Assembly: GCF_009914755.1 (NCBI RefSeq)
Contig: NC_060932.1
Direction: 5' to 3' (one strand)
DNA length: 64,000 nt
DNA from: the human T2T-CHM13v2.0 reference genome, Homo sapiens
This document shows positions 58,521-64,000 of this stretch, piece after piece. Each line of letters starts with the position of its first letter. The first letter of the stretch is position 1. Below the pieces are notes generated by a model that saw nothing but the letters and a program-made list of their open reading frames with translations, did no database searches and was not told the DNA's origin. The position numbers were made by a program, and so were the translations under genes.

Positions 58521-60789
58521 GTTACAGTGTTACGGCAAATGAGCAGTATAGGCCATAAATGTGTTGGCAGTTCAAGGAGGAATCTCTTCAATGTGAACTC
58601 ACTATTCAGATGGCTCCAGGTATAAAATGTGGTAATATATGCCAATTATTTACTTGCTACTGAACATTTAAGTATTGGCTTAAGAGTCAGAAAACAGAGT
58701 TTCCAGTTCATCATTTATGAGCTATTTGGACTTTGGACAAGTCTCCCAGCCACTCTAAAACATAATTTCCTTATCTGCAAAAACTCTACTTTGCAGTGTT
58801 CCTAACAGATCAGATGAGGTAATGTTTTGGAAAGCATAATGGACACTCTACAATATCACATAAACATTAGGCACATTATGGTTTATGGCAGCAAGCACTT
58901 GTAAAATTCTCTATTTACGTATCTTTTCCCTCTTTTACTTTCCCGAATTAGATAAATATGACTTAATCTCTTTACATATCTAAAATTCTATTCCTATTTA
59001 CTTATCAAGCATCTATGAACTTTAAAAGCTTGAGCCAAGAATTATTTTTATTAAGAAGGGAATCTATATCCTAAAATAGTGTTAAATTTAGTTATCACAG
59101 AGACTCTATTTGAGGTTTCTTCATTTGTATATTTCAGGAATATCAATTGTTTGAAGTTCCCAGAACACCTATCTCAGATAGGCAGAGAGCTCTCACAGTG
59201 CTAGTAGCCACCACAATTAGCCATCAATAGACAGGCTTCACATATTAATGTTCATTTGCATGTGGTAATTACATGCAAAGGAAACATATATTCAATGCCA
59301 GGCTCATGGTGACAATTACATGGGGCTAAAAGGATGACTAAGACATAGCCTCAGACCTCACAGGGCTTATCAGACTACCAGTTTTTGTTTTTTTTTTAAA
59401 CATTGTCCCTTACAGGCATATGACTCATTCTTTACGTGCATATCAGTGAACAATTTATTATTGATATTATATATAAAGCAAACTTATACATGATGAACAT
59501 TTAAAAATGCCTTGTAAAAGAAATTTTAAATTACTTTTGGATAAAGATGTGGATATCAATGCTTTTTTAAAAGAAACTTCAGCTATTATATGCATTTTAG
59601 AGGAAAAATTACCTTGGGTTATGATCCGTTACTTTCATTTAAACTATACATTTTTAGGTTACGACTTGCTATTTTCATTTAAATGACAGAGTTTTAAGCA
59701 ATAAATACTGACCTCAATAATCCCTATCCACCAAGAAAATGAATAAGATATAGAAAATATATTTTTAAAATGGATGTTTTCATTCTATAAGTTATCCCCT
59801 GAAATGAAGTAGGAAAGACCATGGAAGCTATATTGGCACACACAGGCCACGAGGGTCTGACCAAGTAAATCACAGTTCAGTACTCCAAATGGCACCCAAG
59901 TGGCTTTCCAGACTAAATGCTACTTCCAAGACTGTACATTAGCTGGAATTCAACATAAGTTATACTCATTTGCTGGCTGACTGCAGGCTGAGATTCCATT
60001 CCATTTAGTATGCCGAAACAGGAGTTTAATGGCACCCCAGTGGCTTTGGAGACTTAATGCAACTTCCAAAAGGATCTTACTTTAGGGAGAGGTGTACATA
60101 CTAGAGAATCAGGCTCAGGCAATATTAATTTTTCACCACCAGAATCAAGTTCGCAGGGCCACTCCACCTGCCTTCACATAGGACTTAGGCAAACAGAGCT
60201 GCTAAACTCGGACCAGGCCACAGCAGGGGACTTCTGCAGCAGCCTCCTCTACTGGTTTCTTTACCCATCTTTGGGTACTGTCCAGCCCATTCTCTGCAAA
60301 GTCAGTAGACTCTCTAATGTGCATGACTGATCTTGTCACTCCCCTGCTAAAAAAAGTAACCTTTAATGGCTCCCTGTTGCCCTCAGGATAATATTCAAAC
60401 TGCTTACTAGGGTTTATGTATTAGGCCTTAGCTGGTCTAAACCCAGTTTATCTTTTGAACTTCTTTGGTCTTTTCCCAGCAACTGTGACTCCAATGCACC
60501 CGGGCATACATTCCAGCCTAACCCTAGTAAACCAACATGCAGCAGGCTTTCTAATGTTACTCCTTACAGCTCCTACTTCCTCCTGTCAAATCCAGGTTAA
60601 CTTTGATTGCACTTCACAATTCAGCAGAATTTGAAATCCGCTTTCTCAGAAAAGCCTCCCTGAATCCCCATTCTCTCCTCTTTCCCTCTAAACCTGGGTT
60701 GCTGAATCAATCCACCTATCATCTGTCCATCTATCTCCATGATATATGTGTGTGTTTATCAATCTCTGTGATGTACGTACATTTGATAT

Positions 60790-60814
60790 ACACACACACA
60801 CACACACACACACA
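60790..60814. repeat. (CA)n microsatellite
   Basis: About 12 CA units. Confidence 0.9.
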
Positions 60815-60963
60815 TCCATGACTTACTAATCAGTATTTTAAGCCAAGTACTAATTGACCTGTAAACTAACAAATACTAATTATATGTAAACTAGTCCTTC
60901 CCCTACAAAACAACTAAAAAAACTTCGACATTCCTATAAAAAATTGGATATTTACACCTAACC

Positions 60964-61228
60964 CATACAAATATCCCCAGAGTGCAAAATATAATAACAA
61001 TACTAGAGGTGTACATACTAGAGAAGCAGGCTCAAGCAATATTAATTTTTCACGACCAGAATCAAGTTCGCAGGGCCGCTCCACCTGCCTTCACATAGGA
61101 CTTAGGGCCTGACCAAGTAAATCACAATTCAGTACTCCAAATGGCACCCAAGTGACTTTCCAGACTAAATGCTACTTCCAAGACTGGAACATACAAATAT
61201 CCCCAGAGTGCAAAATATAATAACAATA
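60964..61228. repeat. Complex templated insertion: 39-bp duplication flanking copies of 60088-60189 and 59852-59934
   Basis: Direct alignment by eye (see findings). Confidence 0.9.
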
Positions 61229-61229
61229 A

Positions 61230-61860
61230 AACAAAATACCCATTGAGTACTCTCTCTATGTTAGGAAGTAGGCTCGCCCGTACATGCTTCACCTATACTC
61301 CACAACAACTTGATACTACAGGGTGTATGATCATTCCCATTTTGCAGATAAGGAAATGGAGGGTCAGGTTACAGTAACACAGCTCCAAGGAATGAAGGTG
61401 AAACACAAACACAGATCTGTCTGGTTTTAAGGTCTATACAATGCTGTCTTGCCTCCTCTTGCTCGATTCTATATTGTATAATGGGAAGTTCTGATATACA
61501 CTAAAGTTTTCCCAGGCATTATTTTATAAAACAATTATATTAAAATAATTTATATCTTGTAAATAATCTCAGGGATTATTTTATAATTATATTAAAAAGT
61601 GTTAGAAGCAAAATAGAAGTGACAAGAACAAATAATAATACTTAAACATTTTTGAGTGCTTACATTGAGCCAGCCCAAATAAAGCATTTTGCCTATTAGA
61701 ACTCACCGATTCCTCACAACCACCCCAGGAGGTGGATGCTGTTACATCCCGTTTATAGACGAAGAAACTGCCAGAGGTAATAAGCAACTGTGGCAGAGCT
61801 GGGATTCAGTCCCAGGCACCTGGCTCCAGAACTGACGCTCTTAATCTCTATAGTAAATTG
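61230..61860 (-). mobile_element. Two MIR remnants
   Basis: cccattttgcagataaggaaatggagg and atcccgtttatagacgaagaaactg...ggcagagctgggattcagtcccagg. Confidence 0.65.
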
Positions 61861-62938
61861 CATCTCAGAATGGCAAGGTTTTTGTCTGTGAGTTATTTCC
61901 CTTTTTTATGACCATTTCCAAAATATGCCTGACAAACTGCCTCAGAGTCATTAGGAAGTGCTTATTCTTCCTAGGCAAATACCTGGGCTTCCCTTTCAGA
62001 CACAGAAATCAGTCTCACTGAGGCAGAAGGACTAGGGTGTGATCTGAAAATCCACATGTTTACCAAATACCTATAAGTGTCTGATTTTCAGTACCAATTC
62101 AGGAGGTGTTATAGCAATTGCTTCAAAAATATGTAACTAGTATAACCTTTCTTCTTATACACTAAGAAAGTAATCATTCTCTTCAAGCATTCAGAGCTGA
62201 AGCTTCTCAGAGCCTATCTGTGTGGGGTATTTCTGGTTCTTGAGCTGAGCTAAAGATCATCTGGAGTAAGGGGCTCCACTTTGATAGCTAATTCAATGGA
62301 GACTTCAGTGCCAACACTACGAGATGGATTTCACTGAAGTTTAGAACGCCACAAAGCAAAGGCAAAACAACAATGCTCATGCTCCCCAGAAAGCTTCAGT
62401 GTATGGGCTGCTAGACTCACTTGCAGGCTTAGCAAGAGAGGCACATTTGTGTAGAAGGCTGTCACACACCAGGCTTGAACCTGGATGCTAGAGAGAGACA
62501 GGATAAGACATGACCAGGATAAAACAGACCTCCTTCCCTTAACATCAATCCACTGAGAGTTTCTGTTGGATTTGCAAGGGTCTTCACTTACAACTTTTGG
62601 TCACAGAATTATTTGTAATGTTTGGAATTCTTTAATCAAAATAATATAGAAGTATTTTCTTTTCTAGAAACAAATGACTTTACATCAAAAGACACCTCCA
62701 GATAAATAAAATAGAGCCGCTACATCCTATAATGCAAGGTTTTACATCACATTATATCATGAAAATTCCTCAAAGTAGAAAGAATTCCCATTATAACCCA
62801 TTATTTCTCAATCAATAAGTTTGGCAGAGATTGCTTCATGTGAAACTTCAATAATTCTCAATAGAGTTTGGGGTGGGAGTGGGGATACCTTCTTACTCAT
62901 TGGTTAAAAGGAAAAGCTTACCTAGTTATATAACTATT

Positions 62939-63143
62939 GGCCAATATGGTGAAACTCTGTCTCTACTAAAAATACAAAAATTAGCCGGATGTGTAATCTC
63001 AGCTACTTGGGTGGCTGAGGCAGGAGAATCACTTGAACTTGGGAGGCTGAAGTTTCAGTGAGCCGAGATCATGCTATTGCGCTCCAGCTTGGGTGACAAG
63101 AGTGTAACTCTATCTCAAATAAATAAATAAATAAATAAATAAT
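62939..63143 (+). mobile_element. 5'-truncated, internally deleted Alu with (AAAT)n tail
   Basis: ggccaatatggtgaaactctgtctctactaaaaatacaaaaattagcc...tctc(aaat)n. Confidence 0.85.
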
Positions 63144-64000
63144 TGTTAACAATCATAGTCATGGTTATTATTATTTTTTTTTTGACATGGAGGGGAGACA
63201 CTCATTTCCACAACAGGAAACTGGAAAATTTTTCCCTTCACAACATCTCTTAAGATACAGCATTATTTGTCCTTCCACTGCTGTCTTTTAAAGTTGATTA
63301 TTTTTATATTCTAAGTGGGAAGATACTATATCTCTAATCACACGCATACGCACACACACACAGCTTTTCAAGTTAGTTTCATTAACAGCATCTACTGGCA
63401 TTCTTTATAGGTACAACTCTAGAGGTTGTTGTGATGCAAAAGAAGTGGGCATCATGAACCTATCCCTCGAAGAAAGTTTGAAAATCCCACACACTCATGA
63501 AGATGACACAAAGAACATCACCTTGCATCACCCACCCAGGTGTCACAGCTCTCACTGTGTTACTCACTTGGGTGCCACAGCCCTGCTAAGGAGGTGCTCA
63601 GCAAAATGACATGAAGACACCTGGTTAGACTGGGAAGGAAAGCACATGCTTCCCCAAAAAGGGAAGAAGTGTACTCACTCCTGGCACAGGGTGAGAATAA
63701 ACTATCCAAAGAAGATCAGAGAATAGAAAGTTTTTGGGAAGTTGGGTGAGGAGTGTGACTGATCGTGGGTGATGGAAGTTTCTTGATCATTTAAGAAAAA
63801 CAGCTCAGGAAAAGAAATGGCATCCTTTAATGGCAAAATGCAAGAATCCGAATGTCCAACAAATCATCATTAGTATACTGGGACCAGTGAAATGTTACGA
63901 TTCTGAATTGCCGGGGGTGGGGGAAAAGCTAGAGAACCCTTACAAATGCAAGGATACAAATGTTTATCTGGGCCTGGAGATGCCACTCGGGGTTTGGGAT

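Overview
Human (primate) genomic DNA lying entirely inside the EYA1 gene (eyes absent homolog 1), which is transcribed on the minus strand. Five internal coding exons are present: 57112-57194, 56521-56707, 28883-29022, 26865-26948 and 1732-1821. These are probably exons 8-12 of the 592-aa isoform (residues ~186-380) and include the HAD phosphatase motif WDLDET. All have canonical AG/GT boundaries. The rest is intron, rich in Alu, L1, L2, MIR, THE1/MLT1 LTR and MER DNA-transposon relics, and the other ORFs in the track look spurious. The most unusual structures are: (i) a ~196-bp near-perfect hairpin at 9278-9473, not recognisably transposon-derived, whose C.A mismatches become G.U pairs on the EYA1 sense strand; (ii) a rearranged templated insertion at 60964-61228 with a template-switching signature; (iii) a young, possibly polymorphic AluYa5 next to an AluYe-like element; (iv) one target site used twice, by an Alu and an L1 in opposite orientation; (v) a dense GATA/SOX/TEAD/E-box/ARE/AP-1 motif cluster. 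No novel protein-coding system is supported. Repeat subfamily calls and exon numbers come from recalled consensus sequences, not from a database search.
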